From NCBI GenBank assembly GCA_965207375.1, contig OZ242274.1:896001-960000 (forward strand): a stretch of DNA of 64,000 nucleotides, in the 5' to 3' direction. Position numbers and translations under genes: made by a program. This document shows positions 28,807 through 39,474 of the stretch, piece by piece. Numbering within the stretch: the stretch's first letter is position 1; each line of letters begins with the position of its first letter. Below the pieces are notes generated by a model. The model was not told where the DNA came from, did no database searches, and saw only the letters and a list, made by a program, of their open reading frames with translations. This stretch comes from Nitrosopumilaceae archaeon (lineage in GTDB: Archaea; Thermoproteota; Nitrososphaeria; Nitrososphaerales; Nitrosopumilaceae).

Positions 28807-31122
28807 TCATTGTAGATTGTGCATCGACTGCAAATCCTTTTTAAAATCGGCAAGATTTTCAGGAACCTCAATTGCAATAGAGTCACGCAACGATAACTCT
28901 TTTGATTTTTTCTCATTCCACACATTGGAGTTAAATCGCACTATATCCTCTGTAAGTCCTGTCAAATCTTTGCATTGTTGCGGCTCTGCTTGTCTCTCCA
29001 AGTGTATGCTGTTTTTAGAGTATAATGTCTGCCAAAGATACTCTGTGATAAATGGCGCAATTGGTGCTAAAAGTTTGAGGATTGTAGACAGTGTATAGTG
29101 TAGCGTATATACTGCTGCATCTCTTTGCTCATCTGAAAATCCTTCACCATAGGCGCGTTTTTTGACCATCTCGATATAGTGTGCAGCAAACAGATTCCAG
29201 ACAAATTCTCTAATTGCAATTGCAGGTACAAAGAAATTGTACTTGTCGTATCCTTTTTTGCATTCTTTGACTAGGCAGTCAAGTTCTGATAAAATCCACC
29301 TGTCAACTGCTGTAGGTTTTGCATCCTTGATTACCTCAAAACTAGACAAAAATCTTGAAACATTCCATAGCTTGCTTAGAAATTTTTTTGTACCCTCTAT
29401 TTTTTGCTCGTTACATCTAAAGTCAGAACCGTGACTTACCTCGCTTGCACTCCAAAACCTAAACGTATCAGCTCCGAATTTTTCAATTACTGGGAGGGGA
29501 TCAATTGAATTGCCCTTGCTCTTGCTCATCTTCATACCCTTCTCATCTAGACCGTATCCCATAATCCAGGCCTCGCCCCATGGTTTTTGTCCGGTCAGCT
29601 GATCACATCGCAACAGCGTATAGTACAGCCAGGTTCTTACAATGTCCTTTGCCTGCGGTCTAATTGCTGCAGGATATGTCTTTTCAAAGAATTTCATGTC
29701 CGTGCCATACCTTGAAACAAACAGTGGTGAAACACTAGAGTCCATCCACGTATCAAATGTCCTATCTTCGCCAATAAATTCTGCCGAATCGCATTTTGTA
29801 CACTTGTCTAGAGGACATTTTTCCTTCCAAGGCTGATAGTACCTTCCAGGTTCTGGAACATGTGGCTCAGAACAGCTCTTGCAATACCAAATTGGAATTT
29901 CTGTACCATAGTACCTTCTTCTTGAAATCGGCCAATCAATTGAGATCGAATCAAGCCAGTTCATCAAAATTTGCTTGTGCATTGAGGGATAAAATGTAAT
30001 TTCAGAGCCTAGTTTTTGCATTTTTTTGACAGACTCTTTTTGTTTTAGGTAATATTCCTCCATTGGAATAATTTCTATTGGAATTTTACTTCTCTCTGAA
30101 ACAGGTGTTCTGTGCGATATATCTTCGATCTTTTCTACAAATCCATTTGATTCTAAATCCTCAATTATTTTCTCCCTTGCCTGTTTTGGTCTCAGACCTG
30201 CATATGCTCCTGCAGCTTTTGTCATCTTGCCATCTAGTCCTATTGCAACAACTTCTTCTAGTTTCATCTCTCTGAACAGCGCAACATCGTTTTGATCACC
30301 ATAGCTGCACACCATTACTGCACCTGAACCAAAATCCTGCCGAGCCAAGTGATGCGCCTTAATTTGGACCTCTGCCCCAGTTAGTGGCACTATCACCTTA
30401 CTTCCAACAAATGCGGCATATCTAGAGTCTTGAGGATTTACAATAATTGCCTTGCATGCGCACAATAATTCCGGTCTAGTACTTGCAATGATAATTTGCC
30501 TGTCTGTATCTTTTATCTGAAATTTCATGTGAACAAGCCTTGTCTGCAAGTCTTGATACGCAATTTCTGCATCGGCAATTGTAGTACCTGAAACCCAGTC
30601 ATAGTTGTTGGGTCTTGTTGCAAGAACAATTTTGCCTTTCTTCCACAGTGTGATAAATGTGGACTGTGTTAATGCGCGATATTCTTTTGAATCTGTCCTG
30701 TAATGGTTTTTTAAATCACCGCTCAGGCCAAGATTTGTCATTATTAAAATCATCTCTTCTTCTAAATCGTCAAGTGCTTCTGTGCACAGGTTTAAAAACT
30801 CATCACGTCCTGTTTCTCTCATCTTGATGTTGTGTTTTTTCTCGGTGTAAAATTCTACGGGGAGTCCATTTCTGTCAATTCCTATTGGAAAATAGACATT
30901 TTTTCCATTCATTCTAGCTGTTCGTGCAATCATGTCAATTTGACAATAGTGGGCAGCAGCACCTATGTGCCAAGGCCTGCCGGAGGGATATGGAGGAGGC
31001 GTATCGATGGTATAGTTTTGTGCGGATATAGTGAAACTGTAAATATCATCTTCCTGCCATTTTTTTAACACCTGTGCTTCAAGCTCAGGATTCCATGCCT
31101 TTTGAGTAATTTTTGGGTTCAT
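28807..31122 (-). CDS. valS: Valine--tRNA ligase
   Basis: DTPPPYPSG, HIGA, DWPISRR and KMSKSKGN motifs. Confidence 0.95.
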   Translation of the reverse strand: MNPKITQKAWNPELEAQVLKKWQEDDIYSFTISAQNYTIDTPPPYPSGRPWHIGAAAHYCQIDMIARTARMNGKNVYFPIGIDRNGLPVEFYTEKKHNIKMRETGRDEFLNLCTEALDDLEEEMILIMTNLGLSGDLKNHYRTDSKEYRALTQSTFITLWKKGKIVLATRPNNYDWVSGTTIADAEIAYQDLQTRLVHMKFQIKDTDRQIIIASTRPELLCACKAIIVNPQDSRYAAFVGSKVIVPLTGAEVQIKAHHLARQDFGSGAVMVCSYGDQNDVALFREMKLEEVVAIGLDGKMTKAAGAYAGLRPKQAREKIIEDLESNGFVEKIEDISHRTPVSERSKIPIEIIPMEEYYLKQKESVKKMQKLGSEITFYPSMHKQILMNWLDSISIDWPISRRRYYGTEIPIWYCKSCSEPHVPEPGRYYQPWKEKCPLDKCTKCDSAEFIGEDRTFDTWMDSSVSPLFVSRYGTDMKFFEKTYPAAIRPQAKDIVRTWLYYTLLRCDQLTGQKPWGEAWIMGYGLDEKGMKMSKSKGNSIDPLPVIEKFGADTFRFWSASEVSHGSDFRCNEQKIEGTKKFLSKLWNVSRFLSSFEVIKDAKPTAVDRWILSELDCLVKECKKGYDKYNFFVPAIAIREFVWNLFAAHYIEMVKKRAYGEGFSDEQRDAAVYTLHYTLSTILKLLAPIAPFITEYLWQTLYSKNSIHLERQAEPQQCKDLTGLTEDIVRFNSNVWNEKKSKELSLRDSIAIEVPENLADFKKDLQSMHNLQ

Positions 31123-31931
31123 TTTCCTGCAATGTTGGATATTATGTGTGAGCCTTTATTATATCCCTCATAAATGTAAACGCCTACTGCTTCGACATTT
31201 TCTGGAAGTTTTGGTGACAGCAATTTTATCAGCTCCGTTGACAAGTTTTCAACTGTTGCCTCTCCTTTTAATAGATATGTCGTATGTTTTGGAACCTGTA
31301 AATCAAACATTCCTTTTGGACCTTCAAAAGAAATTCTGTAATGAATGTCGTCTTGGGACCGGAGATATCTCTCATTAATAAAAAATTTATGATCAAAAAC
31401 TCCTATTGCTTCTTTGATTATTCTTTTGGCCTCGCCAAAATCCACTAGCAAATTATTCTTCATCTGTCCTACTAGTTCTACCATCAGCGATGATGTATGT
31501 CCATGCAGAATAGAGCATTTTTCAACCAATGGAAGTATGTGCGCATAATCAAACGCAAATGAAGGATCCTCTAAAAATATCGAGCCGGTTTGAGGTGCTT
31601 TATCATAAAACACAATTTCCTCTAATTCCTTGATTTGAGCCGCATACTGTGGATGTCCCACTGCCATGATTTTTTTGTCTGGAAATTTTTCCTTTATTGC
31701 TTTGTATTTTGCAACGTCTTTGTCACAGTCTATTACTTCAATTAATCCCTCATCTGTTTTAAAATCAATCTTGATTAGTGGATCCTCATTAATTGTTACA
31801 TCATATTCGTATTGATGATTCAAAAATGCCAACATTTGTGCGATGGATAGTTCTGTTCGAGAGCGCATCAAATTTTCTTTTTTATCCAAATATCTAAAAT
31901 CTGAATCTACTACTGTGGGATCGGCAGTCAT
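31119..31931 (-). CDS. 6-pyruvoyl-tetrahydropterin synthase (QueD-like) with an extra N-terminal domain
   Basis: FDYAH...CSILHGH...DFG...FDH...TVENL; likely start MTADPT at 31931. Confidence 0.8.
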   Translation of the reverse strand: MTADPTVVDSDFRYLDKKENLMRSRTELSIAQMLAFLNHQYEYDVTINEDPLIKIDFKTDEGLIEVIDCDKDVAKYKAIKEKFPDKKIMAVGHPQYAAQIKELEEIVFYDKAPQTGSIFLEDPSFAFDYAHILPLVEKCSILHGHTSSLMVELVGQMKNNLLVDFGEAKRIIKEAIGVFDHKFFINERYLRSQDDIHYRISFEGPKGMFDLQVPKHTTYLLKGEATVENLSTELIKLLSPKLPENVEAVGVYIYEGYNKGSHIISNIAGK

Positions 31932-31986
31932 TTGGTGACTCTTTTTGTGTTCAGTATATAAATTCTGGAGGGTTAAAGGCGTAACC

Positions 31987-32268
31987 TCAGGTTTGTAGTG
32001 CATTTAGAATTCTTGCCAAGTTGATGTCGTTTTGTGTGATTCCATCTGCATCATGAGTCATTAGATCAACTGATAATTTGTTGTACACGTTGAACCATTC
32101 TGGATGATGATTCATTTTTTCAATTTCCATAGCAGCCCTAGTCATAAATCCAAATGCCTCATTAAAACTTGAAAAAACAAAGTCTTTGTGCAGTTTTTGG
32201 CCTTTTATGGACCATCCGTCTAATGATGATATCTCCCTTTGAATCTCTTGCTCTGATAGTTTTATCAT
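31987..32268 (-). CDS. Pterin-4a-carbinolamine dehydratase
   Basis: NHHPEWFNVYN and THDADG motifs. Confidence 0.92.
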   Translation of the reverse strand: MIKLSEQEIQREISSLDGWSIKGQKLHKDFVFSSFNEAFGFMTRAAMEIEKMNHHPEWFNVYNKLSVDLMTHDADGITQNDINLARILNALQT

Positions 32269-32339
32269 TATTTTGCAATGTTTTGCAATTTTATAATCAT
32301 TTGCAATAATTTTTGTATGGTCTTGACCTGTTGAGTATC

Positions 32340-33095
32340 ATGGATTCAGATATTTGCCTTTTATTGGAGAAAATAACGCTCAATATTGCCTCTACCATAC
32401 ATGATAAAAAAATTGGTGTCGCCTTTTCTGGAGGTGTGGATAGCTCCCTGATTGCAAAACTTTGCACTGACATGGATTATGATGTGACCCTGCTTACAGT
32501 CGGATTTGCAGATTCTCATGACATAAATTTTGCCAAAGAAATAAACAAAATTTATAATTTAAAGCATGAAATTTTAGAAATACAAAATGATTCGTTTCAA
32601 AAAGTCTTTCCAAGAGTTCGCAAAAAAATAGACACAGATAACCTGTCATGGAATGAAAATTCTATAGCGTTTTACTATGTATCTGAACTTGCAAAAAAAT
32701 CAGATATTTCAACGGTTGTAACTGCAAATGGGATAGACGAGTTGTTCTGCGGATATAACGCCTATCGAGATGCTTTTGATGGAGGCTCACAGCAAATAAT
32801 GAAACTAATGGATTTAAAACTAGAAAACGAGCTTAAAATGATGAGGGCAGTAAATTCTATCTCCTCCGAATTCGGAGTCACTATATGTCAGCCACTATTG
32901 TCTTGTGACTTTATCAAATATGCAAAAACCATCCCAATCTCTGAAAAAATTAACGGCCCAGACGATCTCATGCGCAAACACATCATAAGGCGTCTGGCCT
33001 TGCAATGTGGAGTTCCAAAATTAGCTTGTGAGAAAAGAAAAAAGGCACTACAGTATGGCTCCAAAATACACAAGACTCTGTTAAAATCTAGATGA
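32340..33095 (+). CDS. Asparagine synthase C-terminal (PP-loop) domain protein
   Basis: FSGGVDSS, GIDELFCGY and KKALQYGS motifs; no glutaminase domain. Confidence 0.85.
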   Translation: MDSDICLLLEKITLNIASTIHDKKIGVAFSGGVDSSLIAKLCTDMDYDVTLLTVGFADSHDINFAKEINKIYNLKHEILEIQNDSFQKVFPRVRKKIDTDNLSWNENSIAFYYVSELAKKSDISTVVTANGIDELFCGYNAYRDAFDGGSQQIMKLMDLKLENELKMMRAVNSISSEFGVTICQPLLSCDFIKYAKTIPISEKINGPDDLMRKHIIRRLALQCGVPKLACEKRKKALQYGSKIHKTLLKSR

Positions 33096-34449
33096 ATTTC
33101 TTACAGTTTCTTTGTACAGATTTTTGCACATTAGAAATGATTGCAGGTGCTGCCCCTAGATGATTTTCTGGAACAAATATTGCGCTAATTTCTTTTTCTA
33201 AAAGTTTTGAAGAAATTGCCTTGTCTGTACTGATTGCATTTCTGTAATCTGTTTCGTTATCTTTTGCTGCAAATGCAACTCTTTGAACGTCTCTGTATGC
33301 AATAAATCTGGGCACTCCTTTTTTGATTAATGCCTCTAGGACAAACTCTGCAAAGATCTGTCCCTTTGTGATATACAGGTTTTCTTTTACCCGTTTTTGA
33401 TCAACTAGGAGATTATCTACTATTCTAGTCATGGTTTCTAGCATTTCATCTACTAAAATTGCAGCCGTAGGCAAAACGAATCTCTCATTTGCCGAATTTG
33501 ACAGGTCGCGTTCGTGCCATAATGGAATGTTTTCAAATGTGACTCCTAGTTGACTTCGTAACAATTTTGATAATGATGATACACGTTCGCTTTTGATGGG
33601 ATTTCTTTTTACGGGAACTGCACTACTTCCCATCTGTCCTTTTTTGAATTGTTCTGCTACCTCTCCTATCTCTGTTCTCTGCAGATTTCTAATCTCAACT
33701 GCAATTTTTTCTAGTGTGGCACCAATTAATGCTAATTCAAATATGTATTCAGCATACCTCTCTCTTGGGACTAGCTGCGTTGTGACCTCGGCTGGTTGCA
33801 ATTTTAACTGCTTTGCAACCTTGGCTTGAACTTTGATTGCCTTTGCGCCCATAAGCGAGCCTGTGCCTACAACTCCTAGTATTTTACAAATTAAAACTCT
33901 TTTTTTGATCTCCTCGATTCTTTCTAGGTGCTTTGACATCTCGGCTGCCCAGTTTGCAAATTTTAATCCAAATGAAATTATGCTTGCATGCTGACCATGT
34001 GTCCTGCCTACTGCAGGAAGTGTCTTGTATTTGCCTGCCTTTTCTGCCAAAATTAGCGCAATTTTTGCAACTTTGGGCTCGATTATTTTTAGCGCATCTC
34101 TTATCTGCATAGAGTTGCTTGTATCTACTAGATCGTTGCTAGTTAGCCCAAAGTGTATCCAAGGTCGTGATGAGACCTTGCATTTTTCACTTAATGATTC
34201 AACTAGTGCTGCTGTGTCATGGTCACTTTTTGCTTCTAACTGTTTGATTCGTTTGGCTGTAATTTTTGCAGAATTTGCAGCCTTGAAAATATCTTCTCCT
34301 GCATCTTTTGGAATGATTCCAATTTCACTTTGTGAGATTGCTACTGCGCCTTCAATTTGCAGTTGATAATCTATCTTGCTTTGTTCATCAAAAATTGACA
34401 TCATTTCTTGTGTTCCATATCTTTTACTATCAATGGGTAAAATTGCCAA
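33088..34449 (-). CDS. purB: Adenylosuccinate lyase
   Basis: HFGLTSND, GRTHGQ and GSSAVPVKRNP motifs. Confidence 0.95.
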   Translation of the reverse strand: MAILPIDSKRYGTQEMMSIFDEQSKIDYQLQIEGAVAISQSEIGIIPKDAGEDIFKAANSAKITAKRIKQLEAKSDHDTAALVESLSEKCKVSSRPWIHFGLTSNDLVDTSNSMQIRDALKIIEPKVAKIALILAEKAGKYKTLPAVGRTHGQHASIISFGLKFANWAAEMSKHLERIEEIKKRVLICKILGVVGTGSLMGAKAIKVQAKVAKQLKLQPAEVTTQLVPRERYAEYIFELALIGATLEKIAVEIRNLQRTEIGEVAEQFKKGQMGSSAVPVKRNPIKSERVSSLSKLLRSQLGVTFENIPLWHERDLSNSANERFVLPTAAILVDEMLETMTRIVDNLLVDQKRVKENLYITKGQIFAEFVLEALIKKGVPRFIAYRDVQRVAFAAKDNETDYRNAISTDKAISSKLLEKEISAIFVPENHLGAAPAIISNVQKSVQRNCKKFI

Positions 34450-34524
34450 TGCCCAAACTGTATTTTTATTGAAAATAAATCTACTTATGGTTTAAATTGC
34501 ATGAGCAGAATCCTTTACCAATCT

Positions 34525-35970
34525 ATGTCTTTTATTCCCAAAAAGGTAGGCCCTACCCAATATGTCATAGAGCCTGATTCTGTCAATAAAATGAGGGTTC
34601 CTGTAAAAATTTACGCAGATGATAATCTGATCTCTAAAATGATGTCAGATAGAACGCTCAAGCAGGCAGCAAATGTTGCATCCATGCCCGGCATTGTAAG
34701 TCACGGCGTAGTTTTACCTGATGGTCATGAAGGCTATGGCTTTCCGGTAGGTGGGGTGGCAGCGATGGATGCCGAAGAGGGAATGATAAGTCCAGGCGGT
34801 GTAGGCTATGATATCAATTGCGGAGTTAGACTGCTTCGAACAAATCTTACAGAAGATGAGCTAAGGCCTAAACTCAAGGATTTGGTTACTGATTTGTTTA
34901 ATTCAATTCCTTCAGGTGTTGGTTCAAAGGGTGCAGTTAAGCTAAATCATTCTCAACTAGACGAGGTTTTGGTTCGCGGCGTTAATTGGGCAATTGATAA
35001 CGGATACGGCTTTTCAGATGATGGCAGCGTCTGTGAAGAGGGTGGACAGATTAAGCAGGCAGATCCTGACAAAGTTTCAGACAGGGCAAAAAAACGTGGA
35101 GCTCCACAACTTGGAAGTTTGGGATCTGGAAATCATTTTCTAGAAATTCAAAAGGTCCAAGAAGTTCATGATGAGGAGGCTGCCGCACAAATGGGTTTAG
35201 AAAAAGGAACTATAACCGTGCTGATTCATTGCGGTTCTCGAGGATTTGGACATCAGGTGTGCAGTGACTATTTACGAATTTCTGAACAATCTATGAAAAA
35301 ATATGGTATTGACCTACCTGACAGGGAATTGGCATGCGTTCCAAATACTTCTGAGGAGGGGCAATCGTACAGAAAAGCAATGTTTGCTGCATTAAATTTT
35401 GCATGGAGTAACAGACAGATGATTACTCACTGGACTAGAAAATCTTTTGAGCGTGTGTTTAATCAAACAGAATCTGATTTGGACATGAAGTTAGTTTATG
35501 ATGTGTCTCATAATATTGCCAAGGTTGAAAAACATAAAATTGATAATCAACATCGCTCTCTAGTGGTACACCGTAAGGGTGCAACACGTGCGTTTCCTGC
35601 AAACAGGGATGAAATCCCACAACGGTACAAAAGTATCGGACAGCCCGTGTTTATTCCAGGCTCTATGGGAACGGCTAGTTGGGTTTTACTTGGACAGCCT
35701 GGTTCGATGAATCTTAGTTTTGGCTCTACTGCACACGGTGCAGGACGTACAATGTCTAGATCCAAAGCCAGACGTGACTATACAGAGCAGGACGTCAAAA
35801 AGTCACTTAATGACAAGGGTATCTATCTCAAGGCACTAACACGTGACGGCGTGGTAGAAGAAACCCCTCAGGCATACAAAGACGTCGATGCAATTGTAAA
35901 TGTGTCTCATGATTTGGGAATAGCAACTAAAGTAGCAAGACTAGTACCGGTCGGTGTGATTAAAGGTTGA
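34525..35970 (+). CDS. rtcB: tRNA-splicing ligase RtcB
   Basis: PDGHEGYGFP, DINCG, GSGNHF, HRKGA and HGAGR motifs. Confidence 0.96.
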   Translation: MSFIPKKVGPTQYVIEPDSVNKMRVPVKIYADDNLISKMMSDRTLKQAANVASMPGIVSHGVVLPDGHEGYGFPVGGVAAMDAEEGMISPGGVGYDINCGVRLLRTNLTEDELRPKLKDLVTDLFNSIPSGVGSKGAVKLNHSQLDEVLVRGVNWAIDNGYGFSDDGSVCEEGGQIKQADPDKVSDRAKKRGAPQLGSLGSGNHFLEIQKVQEVHDEEAAAQMGLEKGTITVLIHCGSRGFGHQVCSDYLRISEQSMKKYGIDLPDRELACVPNTSEEGQSYRKAMFAALNFAWSNRQMITHWTRKSFERVFNQTESDLDMKLVYDVSHNIAKVEKHKIDNQHRSLVVHRKGATRAFPANRDEIPQRYKSIGQPVFIPGSMGTASWVLLGQPGSMNLSFGSTAHGAGRTMSRSKARRDYTEQDVKKSLNDKGIYLKALTRDGVVEETPQAYKDVDAIVNVSHDLGIATKVARLVPVGVIKG

Positions 35971-36365
35971 GTGATGATTCAGAATTAGAGATGTTAAAAG
36001 CAAAACGACTTGCAGAAATGCAGAGGAATTTGTCTGATAAACAAACCTCTAAAGAACCTGACAAAGAGCCAAAAAAAGTCAGCCCCCGTCAAATCGTAGT
36101 CAAAAATCTAGGATATCGCGGTATGGAGGTGCTGCAAAATGCAGAATTACAGTTTCCAAACGAGACACAACTTGTAGTACAAAAACTAGCCGAGTTGCTA
36201 TCATCTGGAGAAATCAATGAGCAATTAGATGGTGGAAAACTATTGGCCGTTTTCCGATCGATTGGTCTTAACATTAGAATGCAAACAAAGATTCATGTTG
36301 AAAAAGACGGCAAGTTTGTCTCTTTATCTGATAAACTAGGTTCTGCTAAAACTGATGATGAGTAA
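35967..36365 (+). CDS. PDCD5-like dsDNA-binding protein
   Basis: SDDSELEMLKAKRLAEMQ N-terminus; coupled to rtcB. Confidence 0.75.
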   Translation: MSDDSELEMLKAKRLAEMQRNLSDKQTSKEPDKEPKKVSPRQIVVKNLGYRGMEVLQNAELQFPNETQLVVQKLAELLSSGEINEQLDGGKLLAVFRSIGLNIRMQTKIHVEKDGKFVSLSDKLGSAKTDDE

Positions 36366-36676
36366 TGGCTGTATTTGAGCTGGGAACCATAACATATGCT
36401 GATGATATCATTCAAATCAAAAAGGCGCTGTCTCATTTAGAGACTCGCTGTGGCGTACCTAATTCATATGTGTTGAGCAGGCCTGTTTCAAAGTTTGGCT
36501 GGACCTTTTTTCAAATCGCCATGCAGCCCACACTTGTTGATGGAATTGAAAAAAAATTTGCCGACATGATTTTACAGTATAGAGAAAACAAACCTGAAGA
36601 AAGACTTGTAAAATTTCTGTCTGATTTCTTTGAATCACGGGATTGTAAAATAAGGCTAAAGACAGTAGAGTACTAG
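36365..36676 (+). CDS. Conserved hypothetical protein
   Basis: 103 aa; coupled to the upstream gene. Confidence 0.7.
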   Translation: MAVFELGTITYADDIIQIKKALSHLETRCGVPNSYVLSRPVSKFGWTFFQIAMQPTLVDGIEKKFADMILQYRENKPEERLVKFLSDFFESRDCKIRLKTVEY

Positions 36677-37233
36677 ACCCTTCTTCCCCTTTTGCCACCC
36701 TTCTTTCTTGTAGTGTCGTGTGGTATTGGGGTGACATCGTCGATTCTTCCAATTTTAAAACCGCCTCTTGCTAGGGCCCTAATTGCAGCCTGTGCACCTG
36801 GGCCTGGCACTCTTGAACCAACTCCGCCTACTGCTCTTACTCTTATGTGAAAACCTGTGAAACCTTTTGTATGAGCTGCTTCTACAACCTGATTTGCAGC
36901 CTTCATTGCAGCAAACGGGGATGATTCGTATCTGTCTGCATTGACATGTATTCCACCAGAGCTAATCGAGACTGTTTCGGCACCTGTAAGATCTGTCATG
37001 TGAATAATTGTATTGTTGTAACTGCTGTAAATGTGTGCTATTCCCCATTTTTCTATCTCTGTCTTTTTGGTTTCTTGTGGTTCCTGTGTTTTTTCTACCT
37101 CCTCTTTTTTTGTCTCTTCTTTTATCTCTGATTGGCTTATGGTTTCTGAAACCTCAACTTCTGAGACTTTGGGCTCTTCTGGAACATCGACCTCTTGGGC
37201 CTTTTCCTGTATCTGTACCTCAGTTTCTGACAA
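36673..37233 (-). CDS. rps11: 30S ribosomal protein S11 with an acidic N-terminal extension
   Basis: [27 protein letters not shown] and [11 protein letters not shown] motifs. Confidence 0.96.
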   Translation of the reverse strand: MSETEVQIQEKAQEVDVPEEPKVSEVEVSETISQSEIKEETKKEEVEKTQEPQETKKTEIEKWGIAHIYSSYNNTIIHMTDLTGAETVSISSGGIHVNADRYESSPFAAMKAANQVVEAAHTKGFTGFHIRVRAVGGVGSRVPGPGAQAAIRALARGGFKIGRIDDVTPIPHDTTRKKGGKRGRRV

Positions 37234-37462
37234 TGATTATCAAACTCCAAAGGGGTTTAAAAAACATTCAGAGTCTTGTACGTCTATGTTTGCTGCCTAC
37301 TCTCCAAAGGAGAACGCCTGTATCCATAAAGCCGATATGGAGTACAAAGAACTAACACTCTTCAAGCCTGAAACTTGACCAATTGTAGGTATTTCATTAT
37401 GTGAATAACTCGTTCGAGCTTTGAACCAATTTTTTTAAAAAACCTCGATTTCATTAATTATC

Positions 37463-37849
37463 ATGTTCAGAGCCGAGTATATCTTGGAGAAAAAATCCAC
37501 ACTATTTGGTCTGGTATTTGTAATAGTGGGCTCTTTGGCATTACCAATTATCACACCACACCTATTTCATGGATATCATTTTTTTCACATTTTACTTCAT
37601 GTGGCAGGAATCACTTTGTCCTCATTTCTTACTGCTATTGCAATAATTGCATTTTACCGATTGCGAACAAAACGTATGATGTTGACGATGATTGCCTTTA
37701 CCGTATTTGCTACTGCAGAGTCTGTTGCTCTAGTTGGCACAACATGGCCCACGTATGATGTTGGAATGATATCTTTATTAGAGGTCGGGCACCTGCTTGT
37801 AATTACCTCAATGGGCCTGCTGGCAATGGGAGTATTTAGAAATGATTAA
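37463..37849 (+). CDS. His-rich four-TM membrane protein
   Basis: PHLFHGYHFFHILLH loop, EVGH; overlaps the next gene by 8 nt. Confidence 0.75.
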   Translation: MFRAEYILEKKSTLFGLVFVIVGSLALPIITPHLFHGYHFFHILLHVAGITLSSFLTAIAIIAFYRLRTKRMMLTMIAFTVFATAESVALVGTTWPTYDVGMISLLEVGHLLVITSMGLLAMGVFRND

Positions 37850-38345
37850 AGATAGAAAATTACAATTAACTCAAATTATAGAAAAAAACCCAGGCCTTAA
37901 CTTTAGAGACTTGATGAGGAATACTGGAATGAAAAACGGTGTATTGAGTCATCATCTTTCCAATTTAGAAAAGCTCGGTTCTGTATGTGTGGTTCGTGGA
38001 CCAAGACAGTCAAGATTTTATCCGCCAAATTTATCAGAACAAGAATCCAAAATTATCAAGGCCCTAAGACGCCAAACTCCCAAATCGATTATTCAGGCAT
38101 TGATACTACATGATTTACTAGAGTTTAAGTCAATTGTTAATCATACAAAAAAATCCGCATCTACTGTTTCATTGTACCTGTCACAGCTAGTAGATGATGA
38201 AATTGTACGAATAAAAATGTCTGATAGAGTAAAACAGTACTATCTTGATGATAAGAAAACCATAGACAAACTAATTGACGACTATCATCCTGAACTATTG
38301 GACAAACCCACATCTGGATTCGAAGATATTATTAATTCACTTTAG
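37842..38345 (+). CDS. Tandem winged-helix transcriptional regulator
   Basis: PGLNFRDLMR...GVLSHHLSNLE and a second HTH SASTVSLYLSQL. Confidence 0.85.
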   Translation: MIKDRKLQLTQIIEKNPGLNFRDLMRNTGMKNGVLSHHLSNLEKLGSVCVVRGPRQSRFYPPNLSEQESKIIKALRRQTPKSIIQALILHDLLEFKSIVNHTKKSASTVSLYLSQLVDDEIVRIKMSDRVKQYYLDDKKTIDKLIDDYHPELLDKPTSGFEDIINSL

Positions 38346-38356
38346 AAACCATTGTT

Positions 38357-39433
38357 GTGAAGTATTTACTTGTATTTTCTGCTCTAGTGCTGTTTCTACC
38401 TTTGGCCCATGCCGAGGTCAAGATTTCAGACGGCGCGTATGTAAGTTATTTTGATAGCGAGGGAATCTATACTGTAGTAGGAGCCATAAAAAACACGGGA
38501 GATGACTGGATTGTACCCTTCATTACCGTATCATTTGAGGAAACAGAGTTATTTTCCAAAACCTTCTCATTTGTCCCAATTGGGCCAGATTCTGAACAAC
38601 CCTTCAAAGTAAAGTTTCCTCAACACAAACTGTCAAATCCGACTCTTCACGAGCCAAAATTAGAACATAAGGTTGTAACCAAACAAAATCCTCTAGACGT
38701 TGATGTCATTTATGATGATACTCTGATTACCCATTTGGATGGACACAAAACAGGCAGAATTGTAAACAATGGTAACTATACAGTTGACTATCTTAAGGTT
38801 TATGCGCTGATCTATTCTGAAGATGGGAGACTACTTGACATGGGACAAAGTGTTGAAATTTTTCAAAGATTAGGGCCCGGCGAAATTGGAGAATTTACTA
38901 TTTTTCCAGATCCTTCTGTGGCATCAGATGCCTACTATTACAGCTGTTTTGCAGTAGGTGATGCATCTGTAATTGAATACGAGACCCTTAGAAAAGGCGA
39001 TCCTTATTTGTTTCGTTATGATTCAGGCGCATGGTTTGCTTTTGCTACATTTAGTGATGATGGTAGTACATTGACGCTAAAAACACAAAATAGTTTTCCA
39101 TTAGAGATGGGAGCAAATTTAGAATTTCCACAACACTCTGATGATGAAAGCTTTGATGTTTTGCTCAACGGTGTATCTGTAGATGCAAAACAAAGTCTTG
39201 ATGAGATGGGAAACTGGCATGTTGTGTTCACGATGCCTGCATATTCTAGTGGTTTTATAACAATTTCTGGCTTTGAGGACAAAGAGTCAACATCTGCCTT
39301 TGACGAAATTTTATTAGAAACGCCTGTTGATACTGTTTTAATGGAATTTGATGTATCATATCTGTATTATCTGGGAATTATACCTGTAATTGCAGTTGCG
39401 GTAATAGTTATAGCGTACAAGAGAAGATTCTGA
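38357..39433 (+). CDS. Exported protein with a C-terminal TM anchor (FxLYD-like)
   Basis: Signal peptide, VVGAIKN / ALIYSEDG repeats, C-terminal TM followed by KRR. Confidence 0.75.
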   Translation: MKYLLVFSALVLFLPLAHAEVKISDGAYVSYFDSEGIYTVVGAIKNTGDDWIVPFITVSFEETELFSKTFSFVPIGPDSEQPFKVKFPQHKLSNPTLHEPKLEHKVVTKQNPLDVDVIYDDTLITHLDGHKTGRIVNNGNYTVDYLKVYALIYSEDGRLLDMGQSVEIFQRLGPGEIGEFTIFPDPSVASDAYYYSCFAVGDASVIEYETLRKGDPYLFRYDSGAWFAFATFSDDGSTLTLKTQNSFPLEMGANLEFPQHSDDESFDVLLNGVSVDAKQSLDEMGNWHVVFTMPAYSSGFITISGFEDKESTSAFDEILLETPVDTVLMEFDVSYLYYLGIIPVIAVAVIVIAYKRRF

Positions 39434-39437
39434 ACTG

Positions 39438-39462
39438 TTGGTACATTTGTAGAATGTACTAA
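39438..39462. promoter_or_regulatory. Palindromic operator candidate upstream of the CHRD gene
   Basis: ttggtacatt-N5-aatgtactaa (9/10 inverted match); contains TACAttTGTA. Confidence 0.45.
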
Positions 39463-39474
39463 GAGTTTCATATA

